A stretch of DNA of 60,740 bases, filler included, from Catajapyx aquilonaris (Eukaryota): NCBI GenBank assembly GCA_000934665.2. It is 2 parts of 2 records of this genome, joined end to end, with 100 filler letters (N's around TTAATTAATTAA, not from the genome) between each part and the next. Parts side by side here need not be neighbours in the genome. Positions count along the whole stretch, not along the records: positions 30,406 to 60,740 come from JYFJ02004669.1; 1 more part is not named here. One strand, 5' to 3'. Made by a program: the position numbers and the translations under genes. Positions 38,886 through 53,058 of this stretch are shown here, piece after piece. A model generated the notes under the pieces. It saw nothing but the letters and a program-made list of their open reading frames with translations, was not told the DNA's origin and ran no database searches. How positions within the stretch are numbered: position 1 is the first letter of the stretch; every line of letters starts with the position of its first letter.

Positions 38886-39911
38886 ATATCCCATTAACTT
38901 TGCAACATTACTTGAGGAAAAAATATTATAGTTTATCCTTTTTCTTCTCTATGCAGTGTGTAAAAATACCTGTCTAGTTTCATCTAGGCTACATGAATAA
39001 AAGAGCTCCTCCATCCCACCACCTGCTTCCATCACTTTTTAAGACTTGAGAAATTCGGGCACAATTATTTACAGCACCCCATGGAGTTTACCGAGTTTCA
39101 CCCTTCAACCTCGTGGTGAATCGAAGCTGGAGAAAGACTCGGCGCAAACAGATCTTGTGTTATAGGATGAAGGTAGCTGTCAGTTCTTGTGAGAGGATTC
39201 CTATTAGAAGATGTGAACTTTTGTTAGCAGAACACTCATGCTTCCTGACAACCTCATCAGTACATTTGGGTTTGCAGTTAAGAATAAGCATCAGCTTTCA
39301 AGCTTTGTTGGAAGACTTATTCACTTTCCCACTTGCGGGATTCTGCTGGTTGTTGTCCAAGTCAAATATGCAACCAGGGTCATCTAAGCAAAATAATCAT
39401 TTTATACACACGCACTTTTCGACGCATTGTAGGCGTACACTGATTACTGACCAACAGCACTGCTTCATATAAGCACTCATTAATCTTCGTATTATGATTT
39501 ACTTTATTTCCCTTAATTTGCATTCATACAACCTGGGCGTTAAAGATGTTATTGTCTGGTCGAAATGCTTCTTATTGATCAATTTGACAGTTTAGTTAAC
39601 TCAGTTGCAATATTCCCTCTAATTGCACTGTGGAATTCTATTCTCAGCCAGAGCAATAATTACCACCACCGAATTGTGAATTATTCTCACATGGGCTACA
39701 CACTATAATCATGTAGCCTAACAAGTTCGCAATCTGAAAGTTAATATGCAAAATTTATATTCCTATTGGAAAACCTGGAAAGTAGTTTGTTAAAACTGTT
39801 TTGTCCATTAGCTGTACACCTGAAAATAGAATTGAAGTCGGGATTCTACATAATTTGACAGTTTAAATTTTCACAGAACAATTTATTAACACACCACCAC
39901 TTTTGAACAGT

Positions 39912-40941
39912 TTAGAAGCCGTAGCTTTTTTTATCATTTTTTGACCTATAGGAAGGATAATAAGGATTATAATTATAGTCATCGTAGCCAAAACCATGTC
40001 CCAGGCCGTAACCGTATCCTTTCCCATAATGGCCACCATATTTGTAGCTGTGAGGTTGATGTCCAGCATACGACTGCTTCCCATAGTACGAAGATCCGTA
40101 GGTTGGTTTTCCGTAGGAATGAAGTCCGCCATAGCGCCAAGGTTGATGTCCATATTTTTGATGACCATATCCGTCGTACCCGTAACTATCGTATCCGTAG
40201 TCTTGTATGGGGCGATACTGGTGCGAATATCCACCTTGTCCGTAGCCGCCTATGTTAGGGCAGTAACAGCCTTGACCACCATATCCATAGTCGTTGTACG
40301 ATTTGTAAGGAGACCCATATGGACGAGGGGTGTAGTAAGGAGCTTCGTAGTGGCGGGCGAATCTGCTTTTGTGTTCATAGTGGCTGCCACTACCTTCCGA
40401 GGTCCCTTCCGGATGGTCCTTCCCATATGATGGGCCTTCTTTCTTGCTCTCTTCTTGTGATGGTGCCGCTTTGGTCTTGCAACAAACGTAATCTGCATAC
40501 TGGTGCTCGCCACAATACACCTGGAAAAATTATATTGATTAACTGCCCTACTATGTATAAAACAGTGCACATTTTACCTTGTCAGCAGCCGAACGGTAAA
40601 AGTCATTTTCTGGAAAGAAAAATATTAGGTTTCGTAGTACGGTAATAGCCGAGTCTAGCTATCTTTACATATACCTCCACATTGGAACCGTGGAACACAT
40701 TTAGTGTACTCCGGACACTGGTACGTCTCCTTGTCCTTCAAGGACGCTTTTCTGGCCAAAGCCGATAGAGCAGTCATGTCGTAGCCATCAGCAGGTACTG
40801 AAGAGAGTGCGCCTGCACACAATGAAGCCAGGGCAACCAGCAAGGTGAAAACCTAGAACGGAAAAAATAGCAATAAGTTCAATACTGGAACCACAGGATA
40901 GGCGTCCACGTTCGTACATGGAGGGACCCTGCACACGACAT
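39912..40941 (-). CDS. Secreted protein of about 280 aa with a clip-like 6-Cys module and Gly/Tyr/His-rich low-complexity tail (cuticle/eggshell-like); exons 40918-40941, 40675-40852, 40578-40609, 39912-40520
   Basis: Signal peptide (VFTLLVALASLCAGALS), C-x5-C-x5-C-x14-C-x9-CC (CPEYTKCVPRFQCGENDFYRSAADKVYCGEHQYADYVCC), then YGYGG/GYGHG-rich region; GT-AG junctions in phase. Confidence 0.85.
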
Positions 40942-42640
40942 CCTGATTTCCGGCCTGGATCTTCTGAGTGAGGGCTGATGCAGAGGGTCGCAAGGCTTTT
41001 TATTGCAGATAAGAAATTCCCATCGTCCATTTCGGCACGTATGCTTCGAATGCATCAAAGTCACGTGACCCGACTATAAAATGCAGTGAAATTGTCCACC
41101 TTCATGCATTAAACTCAAATAACCGGAATATATCCGGGACATTTAGTTTTATTTTTATTATTTTATCAACTGCGCCATATTAAACTCACAATAATATAAC
41201 ACCCACATTTATTGATATGAAATATACAGTAATACCATATTTACATACGGTATGTAATAAAATAAATAATTATGCATAATGAATCTGAGGGAATTATTGC
41301 CTTCTGATAATTTTTTATACAAAAAGGGACCACAATGTACACCTCAAAAGATTGCAATAATAATATTATTATTCGTCCTTATTTTGACATGTTAATAGCG
41401 AATAACGAGAGTGAAGGACAGGGTTCCAATGCAGCAAAAAAAATCGACACCAATATTTAAGATTTTATAGTTTTATATAATATGACAATTTTTAATTTGC
41501 AATACTTTTATAATGAATATTGCAGGCCCTGGTAAATTTGCCGCATTCATCGTGTAAAATATGAATATACTGTAAGCGTAAATTTTACAAACTCCTGCCA
41601 GCTATCTGGCTTGTCAATTTATTTTCCAATGAAATAATTTTGAAATAGAGGTCTGCTTTACACAACGATCAGCAGTCACATTAAGATTAAACTTAAGGTA
41701 GGCTTTAAGTAGTAATTATCTACGCGTACGTTATTAGGTTGTAATCAAGTCAGTTTTCTGTTAGGAGACGAGACACGACCTACTAGAAAAATGCTTTTAA
41801 AAATGTGTCCGGGATAATGCAGGCTTTAAACTTAAAACTGCAGCATCTCAAAATAAGTTGATTGTGACTCGGATAATTTTGCACAAATATTGACATCAAT
41901 ATTGATAAAATATACTCGAAATGTTTATGTAATCTCACATTTTACACTAGCAGCCAATATTTAGTCAAATGCATAATTATATTCCTAATATTATAGCTGC
42001 TTTCTGCATAAATGCATGCTACATAAATGCTCACATATTCACACATTCACTACTCACTTTTTAAGTGGAAACTTATATAACCGGGAAAGGTGTCATTTAT
42101 AAAATTTGCAGTGGAAACTGAACTACCTTGTAGTACTGTTCACCAGGCTACACGTAAAATCAGTGAATCATGTGTATCCTGATTTAAAACCCGCGCGCAA
42201 AAATATCTTATTTCCAGTCGTGGTATAAGTAGTTCGTGGCAATCCTAATAGTTGCCGCTAGAGTCGGGTTGAGTTCTGTCATTTCCGAGGAGACCTTGAA
42301 CACTCGTGAACTGAAATCTTTTTTTTTCCGCCGGCCACATGCCAAATATCGTTTTATCCACACCAATTTCCATATCCTCATAGGACCTGGAACACTCTCT
42401 GACAACGTGGATATTAGGTGAGTTGGACACGAACCTTTGGAATAGTGTCAACCAGTTTGAGTCAATGACACTAGTCAAGGGGACGATAGTGGTTTATATG
42501 GTCAATCCCGAGTGTCAAGGTGCTGCTGATAAATTGTGACACTTGTATCCGTATGGCAACAACCAAGGAGTTACGCTCTATTTTGTGTGCCTTCAGGGTC
42601 AGTCATTTGTGACGGGTGGTTCAGTGTTGGGAGACGCTAG

Positions 42641-45600
42641 ATGCCTGCTGAAGGTGAGATTTTTAGTAGCATTCCGTAGTGCTGCGGAAGTTTAGCCCAG
42701 TAAAAATGCATGTAGTACCATGCTTGTGTTCTTTAAATATTGCATTCTTTTTTAAAGCGCTGCTGTATACTTGCTCGTCAATGTGTCATTGAAGATTTAC
42801 ATGCTGCTGCTTGTCCAATTGCCATGAATGCACATTTATTAATACTGAGTAGGATTGCAACGTCCGTTACTCTGGCTCAAAATTTCTTAATATGAAATGT
42901 TGAGTGCAATATGTTGATTGACGTGTAAACATTATAGAGCATATGTTGATGAGAAATGTAGGGCATACCAAAATGATAGTCTATCTGTTGTTTCCGGAAG
43001 GGATTCAGAATCCATTGGCAAGAATAGATAATATTATTAACGGATAGTGTGTCCACCTTTCAAAGGTTGATCACAAAAACATGAATGTTTTAAGCAAATG
43101 CAGTCAGTGTTTTGTCTACTGATGTACAATTCATGAAGGAAAGAGTCCTAAGAGAGGCATTGCATAGTTGTAATGTCCTTTTTGGTTGCCTTAAATTGCT
43201 AAATCCTTTCTTGGCACTGGGCAGGCAGGGAGTGCCAATATGCTTGGCACAGCGATAGAAAAACGGAAAAGGACCCTATGGAGCGTATGTGCTTGGGCTG
43301 GGATTAGAATCCGGTCGTCTACCTGGGATGTCAATTACACTGCCATGCCGCCATAGTAGTAGTCGCTGTTGTTATGTTTAGCTATTTAAAGTCTTCTGTG
43401 TGTGTGCTTCTTAATTCACTATATTCAATGCATGGCTGCTCATTGTTAGTGTTTCATGTTCATACAAAAATTCTATTTTGAATGTTTAAGAAATGGAATT
43501 AACATTTCATATGAATAGATTGAAATGGTAGTATGACGTGGCCATTAACATAAATTAAGTTTGCTGCAGGTTTTTGTAAATTCAGCTGTCACACATTTCA
43601 TACTTGTTATTCAAAGGAATAAAACTGGAAATCATCGGTATTTTGACTTCATATTTCCAATGAATGTGCAGAATTCCCCCCCCCCCNCCCCCCCCCCCCC
43701 CCACACACACATCACAAATTCAAGGATGTTCCATAAAACTATTGAAAGATTGACAATTAATAATGTTTTGTGTGTGGTTTTTGTAGTCAAGAGAGGGCAA
43801 GGTTGGCGAACCCATCTCATGTATAAGAATGAGCGAGCTTAGTCATAAATTTTTTAGAAGCACATTCACATGTCATAAGAAATGACTCATTGTTTTCCTT
43901 GGCATGAGAAAAACAGTAACTGGAAAGTCCACTGCTGCTAATTGCTGCCCCTTTTTCAATACTAGCAAAAAGTGATAATTTCAGTTGGAATAACCTCAGC
44001 ATTATGCAAGCCCTCATGGGTCATCAATGATAAGATGACCTTGATATTGACCTCGTGTGAAATTGGAAATTATCACATGCAATCTTGCATACTGTTATGC
44101 AGTCTGTAGTACCTACTTTGACAGCCATCTACTATAAAACTAATTTCCATAAATATTGTATCGTCCTCGTTGGAAATTTATGGCATGTAACAAGAAAAAT
44201 AAGCAAAAGGACTTTCAAGTATGAGCCAACAAGGCAGCATTGGACATTAAGAGTTACCTGTTATCCCGTATTAGCCATTGCAAAACAAGGAAGCCAATGA
44301 CTGCACTGATGTCATGCCCTTGTTATTAGAACATAACGCCAAGCTTGGAAAGGTAGGAAATCAGGCGAGAAGGTGGTGGAGGAGTGCGCCGAACGACCCT
44401 AAAACATAGATTTCCTCATTCCTGGTGTCGGGTGAACGCCTCTCTTCCAAACGCAGTTCCAGGTCATGTAGACAGAATAGGGCAGATGAAATAATAGTGG
44501 CGAAAAATGGTTGTATTCAGGCTCGTGTCCTAGGAGCAGCAGCATCCCAAACTGTGAGTTGCACAAGCCCAAGAATTTCGTGTTCGGTCGGATAAGGAGG
44601 AAGAACCGGTTTCTCACAATCTGGTCTTGAGTCAGGAAGGCTTGTTTGTGGATGGGCTTAAAAAGTGCTGGCCGATCTGTCGGGAAGAAAACGCCCTGGT
44701 TGCTTCACAATCAACGAAGACGAGAGTGAACGAGGTGACTCCAATCTGACTCGATCTGACTGCCATGTGCGTCCGGGTTTGTTGTCCCTGCGTCATGACA
44801 TGTCAAATGAGGCTGACACCTCTCTACCATCCTCAGTCAGTCAGAATGATCAGTAGGGCCTACACTGTACAATATACGTATAGCCTGTCGAACTGGTGCT
44901 ATTATTGGATTCATTAGAGGCCTCCTATACAGATGGGGTGTTAGGCAAGGACTACTTCACCGTGGCAAAATGCATTCCCTTATTGATTTCCAGGATAAAA
45001 ATACGGGCACGACATTGTTTCTGGCCGGTTACGTGCAAAGTTGCGAATCACAGAGCAAGGGGGGGAAGGTGGGGAGAAAAACGAGACAACTCTCACTTGA
45101 TTACCGACTGCGGTTTACTGTTGGCAACGGGGAAATGGGGGCTGAGTTCTTTTTTGTTCCTGGGTGAAAAATAAGGTACACTGTGCACGTGACAACCGGG
45201 TCGCCGATGTGGGGGACCGCTATCATTCAAGGGAAAGGTGCAATATAGCTGTATGTCGAAAGTGCCCCCTTCCCACCTCTCTCCCCCGGTCCAAAGGTTT
45301 GGTTGGTTTTCGCCAAAACAGCACCTATCATTCAGACGACGGGCAGACCGGGAGAGTCTAGGGTCAGCCGTAGTCAAAGGTCACGGAAGCCAATCGGTCG
45401 TGGAAGTTCAAGGCTGCAGATATGGATTATATCAGGAAACTTCACCTGATACGGCTGATACCAGGTAAGAAAGTCCGTGAGAGTATATCAGTGGGGTTTT
45501 TGGGATGGAGGTGGAGGCTCGTGGGGTGTTACTGCCGTCGGGGAAGAATGCGGGGATGTGGTGCGATGGCCAGGTGCGGGCCATCTCCGGGTTGATCATG

Positions 45601-48600
45601 ATGGGGGATGATACGACCGGGCTTAGGAGGAGCAGGTCTGTCAATGACATGCTTCTGGCAGGTAGGTCGGAACCACGGAGCCTGGAGGTGTTTCTTGTAT
45701 GAGAAAGACCTCTAGACAGGGTCGGAACATGTGGATGTTCCAGTGCGATGATGGGCAATATTGTGCACGTGCGGGATCACCGGAGTTGAAAAATGTGGGG
45801 GTGACGCAATTTTGTTTGGACGTCTGCTGACCTAGATTATTCTGATAATATACTGAATGGTTGGTTAATTCTGGGGGGAATTTTGCTGCAGGGGCATGGG
45901 AACATTGGGAAGTAGGCAATTGCCATGGGCCATGTTCTTATTACCAGTGTTGGGAATTGGATTGTTTGAAGCCCTTTTAGGCCGAATCACACACTTTCAT
46001 ATGCATAGAGCAGTGTAATGACAATAAAGGAAACGGTGACAGACACCGAGAATGACAAAATGCAAAAGATTAATTCCAGCAGTGAAATTGGCAGTTATGG
46101 TTTCAGTATTGGGCTAATGAATATGTGTGCTGTGCTCTGTGATCCGAATACGGACTGCTGCGTTTGAATAGTATTGAACTTTTCTTTTAACCAGTTGTGA
46201 ACTTGCAGGTACACAGTTCCAATCTGAGGAGCAGCTGAATTGGGAAGTGGCTGCTTTGGAGCAGCAAGTCATGGACAGACTTCAAGATATCAGTAAGTTC
46301 TGCCTCATTTACTGGCCATTAATATACTTTTGGCTGTTTCTACACTTCTGGTTGTGCTATTAACCCAAAGTACTTGCAAGGGTGCCAGATCTCCAAGCCA
46401 ACTTTTCCCGGTCATTGCAACTACAGGATGTCGAAATATGGGCACTATACGCTGCTTATTTATAATCAATGGCGCTTCAACACCTTGCCCATCAAAATAT
46501 TAACTACTGTACTATACGAATGTTAATAGAGTATTAGCTTGAACATGAGAAACAACGTAAGCTTAAAGGGCCGCCTCGGTGTCTCCTAATTCAAAAGTCC
46601 AGAGAAAATGCGCAGAATGGGTCCGTGGGGGTCTCTAGTCCTGTCATCCGAAAAGCGACATGTGTCGCGATAAAAATGCCGTTAACTCGGTTAAAATGCG
46701 GAGGGAAAAGAGAAGTGCCCCCTCGTGTCCTCCACCCTACCCTCCCTCGCTGCCGCTACTGGTGACGTCACAACTCACATGGCTTAACAATGAAAGCATG
46801 GTGAATATTTAAGCGGGCAGATTTCGGCAGCCAGTCGAGACACTGCGAGGACGTATAGGGTGTCGGGAAATGTCACTATCACCGTCCACCATTGAAGAAG
46901 AAAAAACACGGGATTGGTGCTAGGTCTGGTTTGCAACCCAGCAATGTCAGAATCACGTCAGAATAATAATAGGCCCCTGAATAACCCTTCAACCTTAGTT
47001 GGCATACAAGTCAGTGAAACACACTATGGCAGTGGTTCCTAACCTTTTCGTCATGACGCCCCCCTTTTCGTTTTCGCCAAAGACTCACGCCCCCCCCCCC
47101 CNCCCCCGGTCCCAATAAATTTCAGCAAGAGTTTCTTGAAAGAAATTTTTATAACAGAGGAATGAAAACATGTTGAAATAGTGGCAACAACAGAAGGGTC
47201 AAAAAGCCCGCCGCAGACGAAAGTTTTTGGGTGTTCAAGGTCACACAAGTTTAGGTGAATGTAGCTGACAAAGTACAGTGGAATCTTCCTATACTGTAAG
47301 CACATCGGATACAAGCAAGGAGAAAAGTCGGTCCCTTCATATTTCCAGCAGCACCAAGAGGAAACATGTTACATTATTTACTTATTTTTCATGCCCTCAC
47401 GCCCCCCCTGAAATCCTCTCACGCCCCCCAGGTTGGGAACCACTGCACTATGGTGTCCAATTTTGGCGAATTTGAGTTATTTACGCCACTAACAAGTATG
47501 TGGCGATTTTTCCTGCTCTATATCCTGGTGAAGATCATTAAAGATTTATAAGGAGCTAGGAATCCAGGATTGTCTGTACTCCTATGTAAACAAGTGCAAG
47601 GTCAGATCTTTGATTTTGATTACCTCTAAGCTGGTTTTTGGACTGCACGTGTGTCACTTGTATGCCAGTGATATCATGGATTGGAGGTGCATCCTGTGTG
47701 TTAGTATATTCTATACATATTTTTGAGCAGTTACTTTTGCATAGGTTTAGGTATAAAGGGCCACTAGGTTTAGGGGTTATCAAAACTATTAGTTGCTAAT
47801 ATTAGGCGAAACTTAATTCAAGCTGTGAATTGCAATTTATTTCTGATTATGAATGTCCCAATGGAACAATTGGCATCGAAAATCAAATATAGAACCCATT
47901 TTTGCAGACAAAACCCATTTTGAATGCTTAAAATGGATGGGTCAACACAACCTAATATTACAGCTAATATCTAATATTGTAGCTGCCAATAAAACTGCTG
48001 AAAGTAACAATGCCAAAGAACATGCTTAAAATAAGCAGCTTAGTGCCAAAAAATTGCTAATATATCCGGGTAGTGCTTGGCCTTCTCGGCATGTAGCACG
48101 GACCTTTATTTGTACGATGGACATATTTGGAACCTAATTATTGAAGCGCCCAGGCCCACGGGCAGGATGACAGGAGGGGATGTGCAAGGTGCAGTGCAAT
48201 GTCTTTATGTGGCCATTTTTAGTGAACTCCCCCGGGTGGTTTAGTCTGTAGGAAATACCACCCGAGACGAAGCCAGAGGTGACCCTGAACTCTGCACGAG
48301 ATGAAGGGGGTGTCCCTGGCTGGGATCGAACCCGGGACCTTAACATCCATGGGCGCGTACGTTACCGCAGCACCACTCCGCCTCCCCTGTAAAAAAATTG
48401 CTAATCACTAAGGTCATTTTAGTTGAACCACCCTTGATAAGACGACCTGAAATGCAGAATGATCAGATTCACATTCGAATTATTTTAAGATGTAAGGGTT
48501 TAGTGTGAAGATTGTGTTATCTGCATGGTGATCCCCCCTTTTTTATATTTTCAAATTTTTCTGAAGAGGATTGTAAAATAATGATCCATCAGAAAATTGA

Positions 48601-51504
48601 CTTGACTATCAGAAAGTATATGTCGAGGACTAGATCAATGCACAAAACCTACTGTAACACAAATTTATGTAAATGTGTACTGAACTTTCTGCAAATCAGG
48701 TTTTCATATGTGTTTTCAAAGGTGCTCATACTTAAGAAGTTTTGTTCTTGTTACAGATGAACGCTTTTTGGGGCTGCTGCAGAAGGTAGCTTCCAGGTTA
48801 CAGTTGGAGTCATGGGTTCAGCAGGGTCGCGAGTTTTCAACAGAGCATCCAGTGCTGATGTTGGGCTTGGCATCAGTTGCACTCGTTTGCATTGTGCCAG
48901 TTCTGGCATTCATATGTTTTGCCCTGTCTACACTTGTCCTCACATTCCTTGGATTCATCTTTGTTGAAGGTCTGTCTAATTGTTTTCCTTGCATCAGCTT
49001 AATATTACTGATCTCAGGGTTTATATTTAAGAGGTGTCTGAGTGATTGTCATTGATGCTTGCACAGGATGGTAACACTCTTTCAGTCAAGGGCTTTGCTT
49101 TAATAACACCATTAGCTCTTGATGACACCAAAATAGCACACCAATAATGTGCATTGTCAAATATGACATGTGACTTGATGGTGCAGCATGAGGGAATTGA
49201 ACTCGACATTGGTAAATACAGTATTCTGTGCCAATCAAGGCAAACACTCTTGGAAATAGATGCTGTACGGTACTGTTTGCAAGCTTTATTCTAACTGGTA
49301 CTTGCATCTATCAAAAAGAAGGACAGAGGAGTGAATGCTGGTGCACACATTTCTCCTCTATTTTCCCCGAGTAATACCTGTATGGACAAGAAAAAAAGGA
49401 GGCATATGATAAACATTCTATTGGCAGTCAGGCAGTTGCAATGTAAATAAACAAAATATATTAGTCCACCTATATTACAACTTTGTGTTAAGCATTTTGA
49501 TTTAACTCTTCTTCCACAAAAGCCAGTTTGTTGCAGCTGATACTGCACTTGATGCATGAATGGTATCATACGTTTTAGCCAGAAAAATTTGAAGTTTGCT
49601 ATATATTTTGTCACTGCTGGGATATGCTGTAACATTGATGCTGTACTGTTATGAACATATCAAAACTGGTAACACTGCATGAGACTTTCATCCTCGGTTT
49701 TTTTTCCTAGGGACTGCAGAAAAGGGCGGATTCTTTGTTCACTTAAAAGTATCCTGTAATTATTCTTCTAGACATGTGAAAGGGTACTATTACCTTGGCT
49801 TTGAATAAACCCATTACTCTCAGTGGTGCAGTGGCAGGACATGTATGATACTTTAAAGGCCATTTCACAAAAAAAATGTTGCGCGGCAAACGGCGCAACT
49901 TGCGGCAAATTTTTTATTTATATTTATTGTTGCCAATTGTTGGCAATAATAAATATAAATAAAAAATTTGCTGCAAGTCGCGCCGTTTGCCGCGCAACAT
50001 TTTTTTGTGAAATGGCCTTAAGAGTAAGTACTTGAGTTTAATTCCCAGCAAAGTCAGGGAATTAGATACTTGCTATCTGCAAAATTGCTTGGCATAAGAA
50101 CTTCACATTTGACTCCTTACTGGTTCAGGAACACATGGGGCAATGTTATAGTTGTGAGATGTGTTTGTGTTGAGTGGTTTATCTGATATTGTTGGAAGTA
50201 GCAGCAGATATGAGTGTGCACAAGTGGTGGGAAAAGTGGTGAATATTCTCCTTTCCTCCCGCTCAGAGCCCACTTTTCCCACCTCTTGTACACAGCAAAA
50301 TCTGTTGCTTCTTCCAACAATAATATCAGATAAATCACCCAATATAAATGCATCTTACAGCAATAATATTGTTGTATATGTTCCTGGACCAATAAGGAGC
50401 CAAACACTAAGTTCCTACATTCTGTGGCTTTGAAGATGGCAGATATCTCAACAATTATAACAATTAAGGAATTGTTACAATCACATTTTAAACACTGTCA
50501 GTGTATGTAACTATTCCCTACATTGTTGGACCACAGGGCAATTTTGGGCCATCTACAAGGGAGGAAAAGAAAATCACAGACTTTCTCTTTACAAATTGGG
50601 GGTCTTTTTTATATATTATGCAATTTCTCTTTTTGATCATTGACATTGAGATTGATTGTGATGCAGTTTTAGTGCTTTAATCAGGCTATATGATATACAG
50701 CATTAATTTCTGTATGCAACAATATTATGGAATTGTAGTGCTGATTTAGGTGACTACCTTTTTGAAATGGATATTAGTGGTTATTTTACTGGGCAGCTCA
50801 GTGTGAGGTCCATGGTTCGAATCCCATCCCTCTCATCATCGCTTGGTAGGGTCTTTTCTGCATCTACAAATTGGTGGGTCCAGACAAGTATGAAACCACT
50901 TCTCTACCCAGGTTTGAAATGACTTACGGTTGGGAACTTCTGCCTTCAGAAGTTGTATGATTCCATGAATAATAAAGCTTCGTTCTATATCTGAGAGATC
51001 AAAAGCCGTGCCGTATTGTTATCATCATCATTATTATCAATCAACTATGCCAAAGTCACAAGTTACATGTCACGTCTGCGCTGTGTAATGTAGCTCCTTT
51101 TCTTAAGGTGTGAAGTAACAGTTTTGACCCACAAGATTTGTGTACGATGGGACATAACAAAATAATGATGATAATCCACTTTTATTTCAGGTACTCTGCT
51201 AACCCTTGGCACAGTGGTGCTTGGAGGAATCCTCTTGATAGGAGGATTTTGTGCCCTGAGTGTGTTTGCCTGCCTAGCCATCGCCTACTTTGGGGCAACC
51301 CAGGCCTGCAACTTGGTAGCAGGTGCCTCACATGCCTTGCAGAAGCTGGCCTGCCCTGCCCAAAACACCCCATCATCACCCTTGCACCCTAGCAAGGTGC
51401 AGACAAATGGCATTGGAAACAACCAACAGAATGGTGTGGTGCAGGAGGAGAAGGAGAGAGAGACGGAGGAGAGGGATCGGCATGAATTGGAGCAGACAGA
51501 CTGA
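42641..51504 (+). CDS. LDAF1: Lipid droplet assembly factor 1 / promethin (TMEM159)-like, about 207 aa; exons 42641-42653, 46209-46292, 48757-48969, 51191-51504
   Basis: Core EHPVLMLGLASVALVCIVPVLAFICFALSTLVLTFLGFIFVEG|TLLTLGTVVLGGILL matches the promethin pattern (HP..L....VPV..F...EG) with long hydrophobic hairpins; all three introns are phase 1 and GT-AG. Confidence 0.85.
44400..45800 (-). mobile_element. Degenerate LINE ORF2 (AP endonuclease to pre-RT region) in LDAF1 intron 1
   Basis: Frameshifted motifs HWNI..LIQET, LNDSGP..HS..SP, and SALFCL..NCVWKRGV.P (the LL.LFN.IW..G..P pattern). Confidence 0.6.
47030..47445. mobile_element. hAT MITE
   Basis: CAGTGGTTCCTAACC...GGTTGGGAACCACTG with a perfect 8-bp TSD CACTATGG. 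Confidence 0.9.
48062..48391 (-). mobile_element. tRNA-derived SINE family A
   Basis: A and B boxes; 14-bp TSD AAAAAATTGCTAAT. Confidence 0.88.
49856..50019. mobile_element. Near-perfect palindromic Harbinger-like MITE
   Basis: About 80-bp arms AAGGCCATTTCACAAAAAAAATGTTGCGCGGCAAACGGCGC... with a 3-nt loop. Confidence 0.8.
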
Positions 51505-53058
51505 AGGTGGGCCAACACTCCCCACCTGCACTCAGGGCGGGTCCTTGCTTGCCTACGTGTGGAAGGGGTGCTGGTGTTGCGGAGTCCTGTCAGAAGCGCC
51601 AGTTTACCTTCACAGCAGAATCTAGGAACGAACTGAGACTTTTTACCAATCCAGCCTGTTCAAAACTTTCTTCCTTGAAGTTTCCAGAGGTAACTACACC
51701 AAGTTGCCATCACTGCAATGTGCTATCCCTCAGACGGAGCTATGGTATGTACCACAAATGTTACATGGATAAGTTTCAAGGAAAACTGTTCCTCCTTTAG
51801 AAGGCTGTGTCACAGGGATTCCATTGCAAGTGTCCAAGGAAGGTTGTAATATTTTGGATGAAGTCCATGGTTGAATTTGCTCTAAACTTTACAGTGGTCA
51901 GAATTATTGTGATAGAATATGCAGTGAACTTTTTGAGCCATAGTGGTTTTATATATATTTCTTATTATTTTACATGCTCCTCCAGGTTTGTTTGCACTGC
52001 ATGCATATGATTTTTTTAAAAAGTAACTTGGGAAGCCTTTAACATGGCTTCCAAGTATGTGAGCAATTGAAGGAGCAGATATTTCCCACCAGAGACTGAT
52101 TAATTACATGGGTGGATACAAACTTTTATAACCAACACCAGCAGGACATTGTAAATAGAAGTAGAAAGAATGGCTTTGGTCATATTGTTATAATCCAGAT
52201 AATGGCATGCATTTTGTCAACATCATGTTTGGCACAAAAAAAAAACAAATCGTGGTCAATATTTCAACCACTAGAATAGTGTGGTTTGGGTGATTGTAAT
52301 TGGCTTATTCAGCTAAAAAGTTTACATGTTAGAGAAATAAACACAGTATGTGAAGGAGGCTTGTTTTTCATATCAGAGAAATTATGAGGAAAATTGTAAA
52401 TTCAAATTAATGTGAAGTGTCAAAAGTTTTGTTGTTCATGAGGTGCTTGCATAGAAACCTCAATGAATGTCGCAGTTGTGTTTGCCTGTAGCATTAAACG
52501 GCTGTAAAGACATTTTAATGTTAAGCTTTCTATGGTAGTGAAGAAAATCATGTAAGGGGTTGTAAAGGAGCACTTTTTATTGATGAAGATACCTAAGTAA
52601 ATTTTGTTGAGAGATGGTTCTAATATGTCTATGAAATATTGTACCTGGAACTTAAATTTTTTTGTTTCCTTTGATGAGGCATTTTTTTGAACTTTTTTCA
52701 GCACAGATGGATATTGTGGGTATGCAAGTGAAATCCATGGTCAAATTTTGGCATTTTTGAGTTATTTACACCGTTAAGTAGCATTTTAAAAATATGCTAT
52801 CACCTGGTGAAGTCCGTTTATTCCTAAAAATTCATCATGAGCCAGGATTTTCAGCCTTCGCTAGCATGCAAGCAAGTGCAAGTCAAATCTTTGTCTTTGA
52901 TTACCTTGAAACTGGTTTTTTGGATGTAGTGGGTTTCATTTGTATGCTGAAAATATGGAGGATGTCCTGAAAATCAGCTGAGGGTCATAATTTCATATTG
53001 GTGGAATTATGTATTGTGCTACTGAGACAAGTTGGCACCCAATAGGCCAACCACCTCA

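Noticed and set aside
37850..39480. Possible extra small minus-strand gene between the ZP and clip-like genes (e.g. DTDYDHYDWETKAATT...)
   Set aside because: Some splice-like sites exist, but I could not build a phase-consistent ORF; may be UTR exons
39863..40645. Several overlapping ORFs in other frames and strands
   Set aside because: Shadows of the low-complexity Gly/Tyr-rich exon
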